Shown here in pieces: positions 1 to 7,187 of a stretch of 43,253 bases of DNA. The stretch comes from a virus. Position numbers and translations under genes: made by a program. The stretch lies in UHGV virus genome UHGV-0234047; one strand, written 5' to 3'. Within the stretch, counting starts at the first letter, position 1. Every line of letters starts with the position of its first letter. Below the pieces are notes generated by a model, which had not been told where the DNA came from, did no database searches, and saw only the letters and a list, made by a program, of their open reading frames with translations.

Positions 1-132
1 GGCGCCCAGCCCAAGACCGTCATGGAGCGTCTGGGCCACAAGGACATCAAGACCACCATGGACCGTTATGTGTTTAACACGGAGAAAATGCAGAACGATG
101 CCATTGTAATCCTGGCAGATGCTATATCATAG
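1..132 (+). CDS. int: Tyrosine integrase, C-terminal 43 codons (partial; continues in phase from the ORF that leaves the window at 43253)
   Basis: Frame 1 reads GAQPKTVMERLGHKDIKTTMDRYVFNTEKMQNDAIVILADAIS then TAG at 130-132. RLGH..DRY is the C-terminal box with the catalytic Tyr of tyrosine recombinases. The window end reads ..HSHCLRHTHGTLLAEN (HxxR box), and 42180..43253 is exactly 358 codons, so the two pieces join in phase. Confidence 0.85.
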   Translation, partial: GAQPKTVMERLGHKDIKTTMDRYVFNTEKMQNDAIVILADAIS

Positions 133-134
133 CA

Positions 135-430
135 ACCTTGCCTACCACTCAAAAAAGCGTAGGCAAGAGGTAGGCAGAGCAACCAATAAAGATGTCAGAT
201 AGTCCGTCAATCCTTGGTTTTACGTGATAGTTCCACGACGGTTTCAACATGCACCGTAAGTCGATGTCAAAAAACCATGTGTGCTACACAATATTATAGC
301 GTAACTTATTATCTTTTAAAATAAGAGATTTTCAAGAAATAGAAAAACCAGAAGTACTATAGCGTAACCAAGCGTGTTATAGAAAAACTTGTGCAAGGTA
401 GGCAAATCGTAGTCACTGCCTACCAAATGA
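135..430. promoter_or_regulatory. Putative attP / integrase arm-site region. Five copies of G(G)TAGGCA(A/G) sit as two inverted pairs (138-146 with 160-167 and 170-178; 397-405 with 417-424) around two exact direct repeats TATAGCGTAAC (295-305 and 358-368).
   Basis: Repeats read directly from the sequence, immediately downstream of the int stop. This position and repeat architecture are typical of attP arm and core sites. Confidence 0.4.
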
Positions 431-475
431 GGCGGGCCCGGTATTCCGGAACCCGCCTGCATCATGATTTTTTCT
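429..475. terminator. GC-rich hairpin AGGCGGG-(cccggtattccggaa)-CCCGCCT followed by a T6 run; possible bidirectional terminator between int and the small minus-strand gene
   Basis: 7-bp stem at 429-435 and 452-458 with a nested CCGG-tatt-CCGG palindrome. The T-run at 468-473 lies about 10 nt from the stem, so the geometry is imperfect. Confidence 0.3.
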
Positions 476-653
476 TGTTCATAATCTGTTCACATTTGTT
501 TGATATATTCCATGTTTGGAATCATGTGTCTATCTTTTCTTTAACCCCATTGTCAACCGGCACATGTTTTCTCATAAACGAGGCCGGCAGAAAACTGTCA
601 GCCTCTCCTCTTTTTCAGAACATGCGCACCCGAACATTTGGTATCTGCCTCCA

Positions 654-830
654 TCACTCTCCGCCTTCCGCCTCCCCTATCCTGATGGCTAAATCCAAAA
701 CAGTAGCGGCTGTCTCGTCACTGATGAAATGAATATGATTCATCATAATATCATTTATAAGCAATCTCATTTCACAAAACATGTCCTCTGCCGCCTTGGC
801 AGACTGATATTGTACATAAGCTCCTTCAAT
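654..830 (-). CDS. Small hypothetical protein (58 aa; MIEGAYVQYQSAKAAEDMFCEMRLLINDIMMNHIHFISDETAATVLDLAIRIGEAEGGE)
   Basis: ORF with RBS GGGGAGG 8 nt upstream of the ATG. Protein-like composition. The (TA)8 tract lies just upstream and may carry the -10 element. Confidence 0.4.
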   Translation of the reverse strand: MEGAYVQYQSAKAAEDMFCEMRLLINDIMMNHIHFISDETAATVLDLAIRIGEAEGGE

Positions 831-854
831 CATAACTTTATACCTCCCCACCGT

Positions 855-870
855 TTATATATATATATAT
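855..870. repeat. (TA)8 dinucleotide microsatellite in an AT-rich non-coding stretch
   Basis: tatatatatatatata read directly. Confidence 0.9.
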
Positions 871-1002
871 ATAAACGCTTTTTTCGGTATTTTTCTCCAT
901 ACATTTTTTACTTGTGACAAATTCAGTAAGCATGTGGCTGTGAACAACAGTTCAATTTTCAATTAACATTGAGGTGTTTTTCGTTACTAATAACAAAAGA
1001 CG

Positions 1003-1030
1003 CCATTATGGCGCCTTAAAATTTTTCCAG
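1003..1030 (-). terminator. Probable rho-independent terminator of the lipoprotein gene
   Basis: CGCCAT-t-ATGGCG hairpin followed on the minus strand by a T-rich run (rc of ..aaaattttt.. and tcttttgtt), immediately 3' of the lipoprotein stop. Confidence 0.4.
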
Positions 1031-1046
1031 TTAACAATTAAACCTG

Positions 1047-1448
1047 CTACTTTTTTGTCACAGAAATCACAGTTCCAGTGAATGCTTCTGTTTCTTCCAG
1101 TTTTCCTGTATAAACAACAGAAACCGTATCTCCTTCTTTGACAGAAGATAATCCTTCTGGTTTTTCTCCTTCAAAGCTAAGAACATAATCCACTCCATCC
1201 CCATCGGTGATAACAAACATAAAATCCTTAATGTCACTGATAGTACCTGTAAGAGTGGATTCTTCTTCAGCCATTCTATTTTCACCGCTTTTAGTGGAAG
1301 ACACATCAAGCGTACTTTCCGCTATCGAAGTGCTAACTATCTGTGTAGGCGCTGCGGAAGATACTTCACCTTTCTGTGCGGAACATCCCACAACCAACAT
1401 CAAAGTTACACAAGTAGCTACAAATACATTTCTTTTCTTCATTATCAA
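1047..1448 (-). CDS. Secreted lipoprotein of unknown function (moron next to attP)
   Basis: N-terminal signal peptide with lipobox LMLVVGC-S. RBS AGGAGGA upstream. A Ser/Thr-rich linker is followed by a beta-rich domain. Confidence 0.8.
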   Translation of the reverse strand: MIMKKRNVFVATCVTLMLVVGCSAQKGEVSSAAPTQIVSTSIAESTLDVSSTKSGENRMAEEESTLTGTISDIKDFMFVITDGDGVDYVLSFEGEKPEGLSSVKEGDTVSVVYTGKLEETEAFTGTVISVTKK

Positions 1449-1624
1449 ATCCTCCTTTTTATAATTTCATAATATTAGACGTATTGTCTTTCAAAAAAGT
1501 TGCAGATTTTAAAAAATTTTTTTAAGTTATCTTTTTATTTTTCCTATTCATACTTTGTCTATATTTAGTCGATATAATATTTTCGTAGATGTCACCATCT
1601 ATGCCCCCGAATATTTTGTACATG

Positions 1625-1655
1625 GATGGGTCTGGTCCTATGGACTAGACCCATC
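1625..1655. repeat. 13-bp inverted repeat GATGGGTCTGGTC / GACTAGACCCATC with a 4-nt spacer and one mismatch
   Basis: Read directly. It lies at the edge of a GC-rich patch (about 1600-1850) inside otherwise AT-rich non-coding DNA. Confidence 0.7.
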
Positions 1656-1929
1656 TCCTCTGTTATCCCCATCCTTATCTGGCATCAGTGTCACCACTCG
1701 AACACGTACCGTCGATTTGCCATGTCGTATTCTTCTGCAATCCGGAGCACACCCCTGGCATCCGTAATCATGCACTTGCCCTCGTCGCTGCCCTTGACTG
1801 GACAGAGTACGAAGCCCTCGCCGGCGGGGTATTCTATAAATTGATATTAACAAGACATCTGTCAATATTTGAACAAATATGTTATAAAATGTAGTTTTTC
1901 GCAATTTCACAAATGGTGAATTATTTTTC

Positions 1930-1966
1930 ACTTTCTTATTGATTTTCAGAAAAAATGGGTTATAAT
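1930..1966 (+). promoter_or_regulatory. Candidate sigma70-type promoter (TTGATT-16-TATAAT) for the two-gene module. A TGCGTA-N14-TACGCA inverted repeat lies just downstream (1984-2009) and is a candidate autoregulatory operator.
   Basis: Hexamers read directly. About 100 nt upstream of the RBS at 2051-2056. Confidence 0.35.
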
Positions 1967-2065
1967 AAAGTTACATATAGTTGCGTATTATTAAGTAAAG
2001 ATACGCACAGGTCAGTGCTGTCTTACATAAGATAAAGTGCCAGCGATATTTAGGAGGTGATACGT

Positions 2066-2239
2066 ATGGCAACAAAGAGCTTCTTGAAAGATATCAAAAT
2101 ACAGGATAAGCAACTTGCCCATACATTTGTGGAAGCATTAGGCCAAGCAGAAATTTCCAAGTATAAGCAGGTACAGTTAACGCGGACGTGTACAGAACTT
2201 ACAGGAGATAAAATCAAAGAATTCTTTGATAGAAAATAA
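2066..2239 (+). CDS. Small protein (57 aa), first gene of a two-gene module. Possible divergent RHH-type antitoxin-like partner (weak resemblance only).
   Basis: ATG at 2066 preceded by AGGAGG at 2052-2057. The TAA stop at 2237-2239 is 1 nt before the ATG of the next gene, which suggests translational coupling. Confidence 0.55.
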   Translation: MATKSFLKDIKIQDKQLAHTFVEALGQAEISKYKQVQLTRTCTELTGDKIKEFFDRK

Positions 2240-2240
2240 C

Positions 2241-2867
2241 ATGCCACAATTTGCAACGAAAACACATTTTATACAGATTAAATTAAATGAACTAATAGAG
2301 GCCATAGGAGAGGAAAAAGTAAAATCAATCCTCTCCTCTTTCGTGTGTCCTCTTAATAAGGATGTGGAAGACTTTTTGCGAAATAAAGCTATTGTGTTCT
2401 CTGCACGCAATTTTGCAAAAACGAATTTGGTGTTTTGGGAAACCGATGATAAAAAGGCGATGGAGTTAGTTGGATACTATGCCATTGCATCAAAAGTTAT
2501 CTGTATTGACCGCGGATCCGTTAGCAGCAGAGAGGCGAGAAAACTCCGTGAACATGGGATTTTTAACGAGAAAACCAACCAGTACATGGTTTCTGCGCCA
2601 TTAATAGGACAATTGGGGAAAAATTTTGCCAATGGAAATGATTGTCTTATTTCCGGTACAGATTTATTACAAATGGCAATCGAAAAAGCATATTTAATCC
2701 AAAACGAAGTCGGTGGAAAGTTTGTTTATCTGGAATGCGAAGAAGAAGAAAAATTAATACGATTTTATGAGAAAAACAAATTTAAGGTCTTTGGTAGAAG
2801 GAAACTGGATGGAGATGAAACAAATATTAAAGGAAAATGTTTAGTCCAATTGTTTTGCATGTTATAA
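2241..2867 (+). CDS. GNAT-fold acetyltransferase-like protein (208 aa), second gene of the module
   Basis: C-terminal ..NEVGGKFVYLECEEEEKLIRFYEKNKFKVFG.. matches GNAT motifs A and B (FYEKxGF). The N-terminal ~90 aa are unassigned. Confidence 0.6.
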   Translation: MPQFATKTHFIQIKLNELIEAIGEEKVKSILSSFVCPLNKDVEDFLRNKAIVFSARNFAKTNLVFWETDDKKAMELVGYYAIASKVICIDRGSVSSREARKLREHGIFNEKTNQYMVSAPLIGQLGKNFANGNDCLISGTDLLQMAIEKAYLIQNEVGGKFVYLECEEEEKLIRFYEKNKFKVFGRRKLDGDETNIKGKCLVQLFCML

Positions 2868-2871
2868 GAAG

Positions 2872-2909
2872 AAGGGGACGCTGTAATAGTGTCCCCTTCG
2901 GCATTTTTT
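2872..2909 (+). terminator. Rho-independent terminator of the two-gene module
   Basis: 8-bp stem AAGGGGAC / GTCCCCTT with an 11-nt loop, then cggcaTTTTTT, 5 nt after the stop. Confidence 0.7.
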
Positions 2910-3038
2910 CGTAATAGTGTTTTACAACATAGTGAGAAAGTACATCTATGGATGTGCCGTTGCGTGGTTTCCATTTTAGCTCGAAGTTGAAGATTTCATT
3001 TAGTAGCTCCCTTATGGTCCGGTATAAGTGTTCTCAGC

Positions 3039-3827
3039 TTAAAACTCCCCTATGTACTGTTCGCCCTCCGGCGCCACATACATGGCGCATTCCAGCGGAT
3101 GCCCGGCCCGTGGCTCAAAGTAATAATCCTTACCGCCAATTGCATGCCAGTTGGTCAGAGCATATCCATCTGAGTTAAAATAATATTTGTGATGGTTTAT
3201 AATCTGCCAGCACTCCTTGTAATACTCTGTGGTGCTGTATGCATACCACCAGCCATTACTATCATGGTGCCAGCCCACCTCATACTCCGGCTGCTCTACC
3301 AGCGACCAGTCAGGACGTCCATATCCGTCAATCCTGCTGTTATCTAAGCTGTACTCCTTACAGCATACTGCTCCGCCATTGGTAACCACCTCACTGCCGT
3401 CACTGGTGTTGCCCTCAATGGTCCTAACCTTGGTCATGGTGACCTCATAGACGATGCCTGTATGACAGATGCGCTGGGAGTTTTTAAAAAATATCTGGTC
3501 CCCCGGCTGTGGGCTGTCCTTGTGATACTGGCCCTTGGTCTTATAGTATTGTGCGGATGTGGGAGTGTAGGCGGAGAATCCACCACCCAGAAGCTGCTGC
3601 GCCGCTACCCGGCCAAAAGCCTGCACAAAACACCAGTCCACAAACATGTCACACCACGGCTGCCCCTGGAGAGATGGGTACAGGTCCCTGGCATACTTGG
3701 TATAATTGCTGCTGCCAGCATTCGCGGTCTTGCTGTCAAGCTGGCTGTTACTACGTTTCTCCAGATATCCAATCTCCTGGTGAGCAATTGTTAAAACCTT
3801 ATCTATTGATTTCATGTTTTCCTCCAA
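3039..3827 (-). CDS. Endolysin: N-terminal CHAP-type peptidase/amidase plus C-terminal cell-wall-binding repeats
   Basis: Cys...His pair of the CHAP domain (QPWCDMFVDWCF ... ICHTGIVYEV). The C-terminus has aromatic GW/YY repeats (GWHHDSNGWWYAY..KYYFNSDGYALTNWHAIGGKDYYF) typical of choline-binding/CW_binding_1 repeats. Last gene of the late operon. Confidence 0.85.
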   Translation of the reverse strand: MEENMKSIDKVLTIAHQEIGYLEKRSNSQLDSKTANAGSSNYTKYARDLYPSLQGQPWCDMFVDWCFVQAFGRVAAQQLLGGGFSAYTPTSAQYYKTKGQYHKDSPQPGDQIFFKNSQRICHTGIVYEVTMTKVRTIEGNTSDGSEVVTNGGAVCCKEYSLDNSRIDGYGRPDWSLVEQPEYEVGWHHDSNGWWYAYSTTEYYKECWQIINHHKYYFNSDGYALTNWHAIGGKDYYFEPRAGHPLECAMYVAPEGEQYIGEF

Positions 3828-3881
3828 TTAAAAAATAAGGCCCGGGACCACTCCCAGGCCATGAAAAGTTGTGGCGTCACA

Positions 3882-3899
3882 AGTTGCGATATCGCAACT
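3882..3899. repeat. 18-bp perfect palindrome AGTTGCGATATCGCAACT. Copy 1 of a recurrent GTTGCGATATCGCAAC motif; other copies at 29195-29210, 42145-42160 (1 mismatch) and the 12-mer core at 11843-11854.
   Basis: Read directly. Contains an EcoRV-like GATATC core. Three to four copies of a 12-16-mer in 43 kb is far more than chance predicts. Confidence 0.9.
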
Positions 3900-4101
3900 A
3901 CTCCTTTTCGTCGTCTACGCCATTATTGTTACGGTCACTTGGGCCGCCTACACCGCTCTGGTGCTTACCCGGATGCGGCGTGTCTGTTGGTGCATCATAC
4001 AGGTATGGGGTGGGCTGTTTTTCCTTCAGGTCTGGCCCCTCTGCCAGGTATCCCCCATTTCCCGGAATATGCGCTGCATGTTTTCCTGTTGATTCTGTCA
4101 T
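3898..4101 (-). CDS. Hypothetical small protein (67 aa), Gly/Pro-rich
   Basis: ORF between the holin-like gene and the endolysin. No recognisable motif. Confidence 0.3.
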   Translation of the reverse strand: MTESTGKHAAHIPGNGGYLAEGPDLKEKQPTPYLYDAPTDTPHPGKHQSGVGGPSDRNNNGVDDEKE

Positions 4102-4187
4102 AATATGTACCTCTCTTTCCTTTTTTTTTGGGTTGATAAGTTTACCGCCATTACCCTAACGGCCGGGAGATAGCGGACCACCTCCTT

Positions 4188-4367
4188 CTATTTCTGTTTA
4201 CTTTTTTCTGACTGCGTGCCAAAGTAAAACCCTACAATCATTGTAAAAATAGTCAAAAACTGTTCCCCGGTAATCTCACCGGCGCAAGTAAGGGCAATAA
4301 ATCCACCTGTTAAAGCTAATGTCATAATGGATTTAACATCAATCAGTTTTGCAAGCTTATCTTTCAT
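4188..4367 (-). CDS. Putative holin (59 aa; MKDKLAKLIDVKSIMTLALTGGFIALTCAGEITGEQFLTIFTMIVGFYFGTQSEKSKQK)
   Basis: Not in the ORF track (under 60 aa). Two predicted TM helices and a charged C-terminal tail. RBS AGAGGA. The ATG at 4365-4367 is 3 nt from the stop of the upstream gene. It lies just upstream of the endolysin. Confidence 0.5.
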   Translation of the reverse strand: MKDKLAKLIDVKSIMTLALTGGFIALTCAGEITGEQFLTIFTMIVGFYFGTQSEKSKQK

Positions 4368-4370
4368 GCA

Positions 4371-4676
4371 TTATTCCTCTCCTTCCGGCCCTGTTGGAAG
4401 AGCCATTATTTCTTCGTATAATTTCGTTCCAACACCATTGCCATGGAGGGCGTGGTACTGCTTATACACATCCTCAATCGACTGTTTTACATATATCGGG
4501 CAGTAATGCAAATCATCATGATACTTATTATATACTCTGATGATTTCTGCCCGGAGCAGAGCACGCACTCCATTCCTGCTGGCCATAACTTGACTATACA
4601 GATATGCTATGACCGGGACAAATGCACTGCACACCCATCCCGGCCATGAACTTTTAACGTATTCAAATAGCTCCAT
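4371..4676 (-). CDS. Small membrane-anchored protein in the lysis cassette (101 aa; one N-terminal TM helix)
   Basis: Hydrophobic segment WVCSAFVPVIAYLYSQVM. Translationally coupled to the holin-like ORF. Confidence 0.5.
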   Translation of the reverse strand: MELFEYVKSSWPGWVCSAFVPVIAYLYSQVMASRNGVRALLRAEIIRVYNKYHDDLHYCPIYVKQSIEDVYKQYHALHGNGVGTKLYEEIMALPTGPEGEE

Positions 4677-4687
4677 CTCTTATCCTC

Positions 4688-5110
4688 TTAAAATAATTTA
4701 TAATACGGCCGCTCCTCGCCCCACCACCAATACCGTAACCAGTCATCCAGCACGATTCCGGCCAGACTTACCGGCATCCAAAGCAGGCAGTACTGGGGAC
4801 ATACCTGACCAAGGATATTACCCCGCATATTACTGTAATCCCATATGCCCCAGCCCAACCACAGGTTGACCACACAACCGGTCAGAAACTCCAACAATGT
4901 AATCAGGGCAGCCCCCAGAAGTATCTGCTGCCATAGTGGCATATCCCAGGGGAGTACCTCGTTAATCAGGCCCAGACCGATAAAACACAGGCCACCCAGT
5001 ATAAACATTGTCCAATGACTATACCCGCGCCACAGTAACTCTAAGGCTATGTACAGCAGTCCTCCCATGCTCCACAGTGTGGCATACTTATTAACTCGTC
5101 GGCGTACCAT
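4688..5110 (-). CDS. Integral membrane protein (140 aa, about 4 TM, Trp-rich) in the lysis cassette
   Basis: Hydropathy pattern read from the translation. Lies between the tail genes and the lysis genes. Confidence 0.5.
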   Translation of the reverse strand: MVRRRVNKYATLWSMGGLLYIALELLWRGYSHWTMFILGGLCFIGLGLINEVLPWDMPLWQQILLGAALITLLEFLTGCVVNLWLGWGIWDYSNMRGNILGQVCPQYCLLWMPVSLAGIVLDDWLRYWWWGEERPYYKLF

Positions 5111-5825
5111 TATCCACCACCATCTCGGCTGCTATCTGTGTCAGATATGTCTTAAGCACCTCGCTCCGGTACTCTTCCGGCACATCCGCACCATAAAAGA
5201 TTTCCTGGACCTCCTCAGCGGTCTGGCAGCCGGCAATCCACATGTTAATGGCATTGCAGTACGTGGTGTGATAGGACACATGCCACATGGCCGCCTGGAT
5301 GATGGCCTGCATGTCTGCTGCGCTGTAATACCTACAGGGCTGCCCATCAGCGTGATACTCCAACTGCGCTGCACCGGCACTTATCTGACTCAGTTTGCCA
5401 AATAGATTAATCTGGTCGTGCTCCGTCAGGCTGTAATGTTCTGTTGTGCCGTCTGACAGGGTGACATTTACGCCATGGTATACAATCTGTTCGCAGGCCG
5501 CTGACATCTCTGCTTTCTTAGCAGCCCGTACCTCTGCCAGTGTCGGCACATATGGTTCTGGCGGTTCCACTGGTTTCGGATGGGCTAGGGGTGTATAAAC
5601 ACTCCCGTCATTGGATAGCCACACTGTGTTTCCGTCCTGCTTCCAGACAGTATCATAGCCGTGCAGGGTGGTAGCCTCTGTACCATCATTAGTATAGATT
5701 GTAATGTCGCCCCATATATCCGGGATTGCATCAGCAAAAGCGATTTTCAGGACATTGGCCGATTCTGGCCGGATGCCATTGATTTCATACCGTCGTTCTT
5801 CCTTTCCAATTCTGATCTTTTCCAT
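5091..5825 (-). CDS. Phage structural/accessory protein (244 aa), possibly a tail-fibre-associated or assembly protein
   Basis: RBS AAGGAGTG. Position directly downstream of the tail fibre gene. No diagnostic motif. Confidence 0.55.
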   Translation of the reverse strand: MEKIRIGKEERRYEINGIRPESANVLKIAFADAIPDIWGDITIYTNDGTEATTLHGYDTVWKQDGNTVWLSNDGSVYTPLAHPKPVEPPEPYVPTLAEVRAAKKAEMSAACEQIVYHGVNVTLSDGTTEHYSLTEHDQINLFGKLSQISAGAAQLEYHADGQPCRYYSAADMQAIIQAAMWHVSYHTTYCNAINMWIAGCQTAEEVQEIFYGADVPEEYRSEVLKTYLTQIAAEMVVDNGTPTS

Positions 5826-6010
5826 GGGTTCACTCCTTTTTTATGAATTATAAAAGGCCCTTGTGGGGCCCGGTTTACGAGTTGCTTACTGTGCTCAATA
5901 CCAATTCTGGGTCTAACGGAGGAGCGTTATATCTGGATACAGATGGCAGATTAAAATTCGTCACATCAGATACACATACTGTCTACGCTTTGGATTGGCA
6001 TAGCTTATAG

Positions 6011-6649
6011 TTATCTTGCATCCCACTGTGTCCACCCTCCATTGATACGCGCATACGATCTGGTAAAGACTTTCGATTCACCCACTGATAAGGCCAGTTG
6101 TACCCCGTAATCAGTCCCAATGGTAAGGCCCATAACCAATCCATTTCCATATCCCGTTATGCCCTGTGCATATGGGCTATGAGTTGTGTTTGTCCCCCAT
6201 GTCCCAAAAGTGATTGTATTGGTGGTGTCCGTTAAAAAATCCAGGTCAGGTACTAAACTTGATAGAGTGCTCTTATCGTACTTATTGGTATTGAGCACAG
6301 TATAAAGGTCCATCAATTTCTTGCCCTGGGCAGCCGATAAAGGAAGGTTGGCATTGTCAGTTACACAGTTATTGACTATATCTCCAACAAATGAGACCAG
6401 CTTAAAACCGGCCTTAACATTGCGCATGAATTTTATCAGCGGCATCTTTGAAACAAAACTAGCCAGGAGGGTTGTCTTGCCGGTTATGCCATCTACGGAT
6501 CCAGAGGCATCAAACTCAGGTGCGTCAACACTATCACTTATTTCTTTCATGCCAGCATCTATAATGTCCATATTTTCATTGATAATCCCAACGGATATAT
6601 ATTCATTTCCTGCTGGCTTCTTGAGTTTTAGGTTGGTAGTCTCATTCAT
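6011..6649 (-). CDS. Tail fibre / receptor-binding protein (XkdV-like position)
   Basis: The N-terminus MNETTNLKLKKP is a recurrent tail-fibre start. It follows the baseplate J and DUF2313-like genes, and the C-terminus is Gly/Thr-rich. Confidence 0.6.
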   Translation of the reverse strand: MNETTNLKLKKPAGNEYISVGIINENMDIIDAGMKEISDSVDAPEFDASGSVDGITGKTTLLASFVSKMPLIKFMRNVKAGFKLVSFVGDIVNNCVTDNANLPLSAAQGKKLMDLYTVLNTNKYDKSTLSSLVPDLDFLTDTTNTITFGTWGTNTTHSPYAQGITGYGNGLVMGLTIGTDYGVQLALSVGESKVFTRSYARINGGWTQWDAR

Positions 6650-7187
6650 TTAAATTCACCGTCCTTATTTCATCCCAGGTGTATGCAGCTGCCTGGTTCC
6701 ATGTTATCTTTGATACATCATTCCATGTATTATAGACGTACTCATATACCACGGCCAGATGTGCCGGCTTTATTTCTTCAATTGTAATCTTGAGGTCAGA
6801 CATGTTTCCCGGAATGCCAAGTGTGCCAACAAACTTAATTGTGAATTTTCCATTAGCATTGTCTTCAATGACCTCCACTTCTCCGTTTGAATACTGGCTG
6901 GCCGTATCAATAATCATCTGCTTAGTGGTTGTTCCGATTCCCGAAATCTTAGCCTTGATTCGTTCGCGCCGGAAGGTATCCGACTTGGATATATCCACAT
7001 CAATATCCAACAGTTGTTCATATCTGTTCAGCATATGGCTGGCCGTGTTAACAAAGCATTCTGCAATGATTGTACTCAGACTGACATCCATCATTTCTGT
7101 CACATCCGAAAGGATTGCCTGTAAGGTATTCATTGTAACATTCGAATCATAATAATCTGGCAGCAGTTTAACCAACTTCAAGTGCAT
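6642..7187 (-). CDS. Tail/baseplate protein (XkdU / DUF2313-like position)
   Basis: Size and order directly after the baseplate J-like gene, matching the conserved PBSX-type baseplate cluster. Confidence 0.5.
   Translation of the reverse strand: MHLKLVKLLPDYYDSNVTMNTLQAILSDVTEMMDVSLSTIIAECFVNTASHMLNRYEQLLDIDVDISKSDTFRRERIKAKISGIGTTTKQMIIDTASQYSNGEVEVIEDNANGKFTIKFVGTLGIPGNMSDLKITIEEIKPAHLAVVYEYVYNTWNDVSKITWNQAAAYTWDEIRTVNLNE

Noticed and set aside
391-732. 113-aa plus-strand ORF spanning the hairpin/terminator downstream of int
   Set aside because: It runs through a GC hairpin plus T-run and the attP-like repeats, has no RBS, and has odd composition. Most likely non-coding.
3229-3838. Plus-strand ORFs inside the endolysin gene
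   Set aside because: Antisense to a confidently assigned CHAP endolysin.
5826-6010. 185-nt gap between the tail fibre gene and the next gene as a possible small gene or RNA
   Set aside because: It contains only a weak 5-bp hairpin with a short T-run and no ORF with an RBS. Most simply an intergenic spacer or partial terminator.
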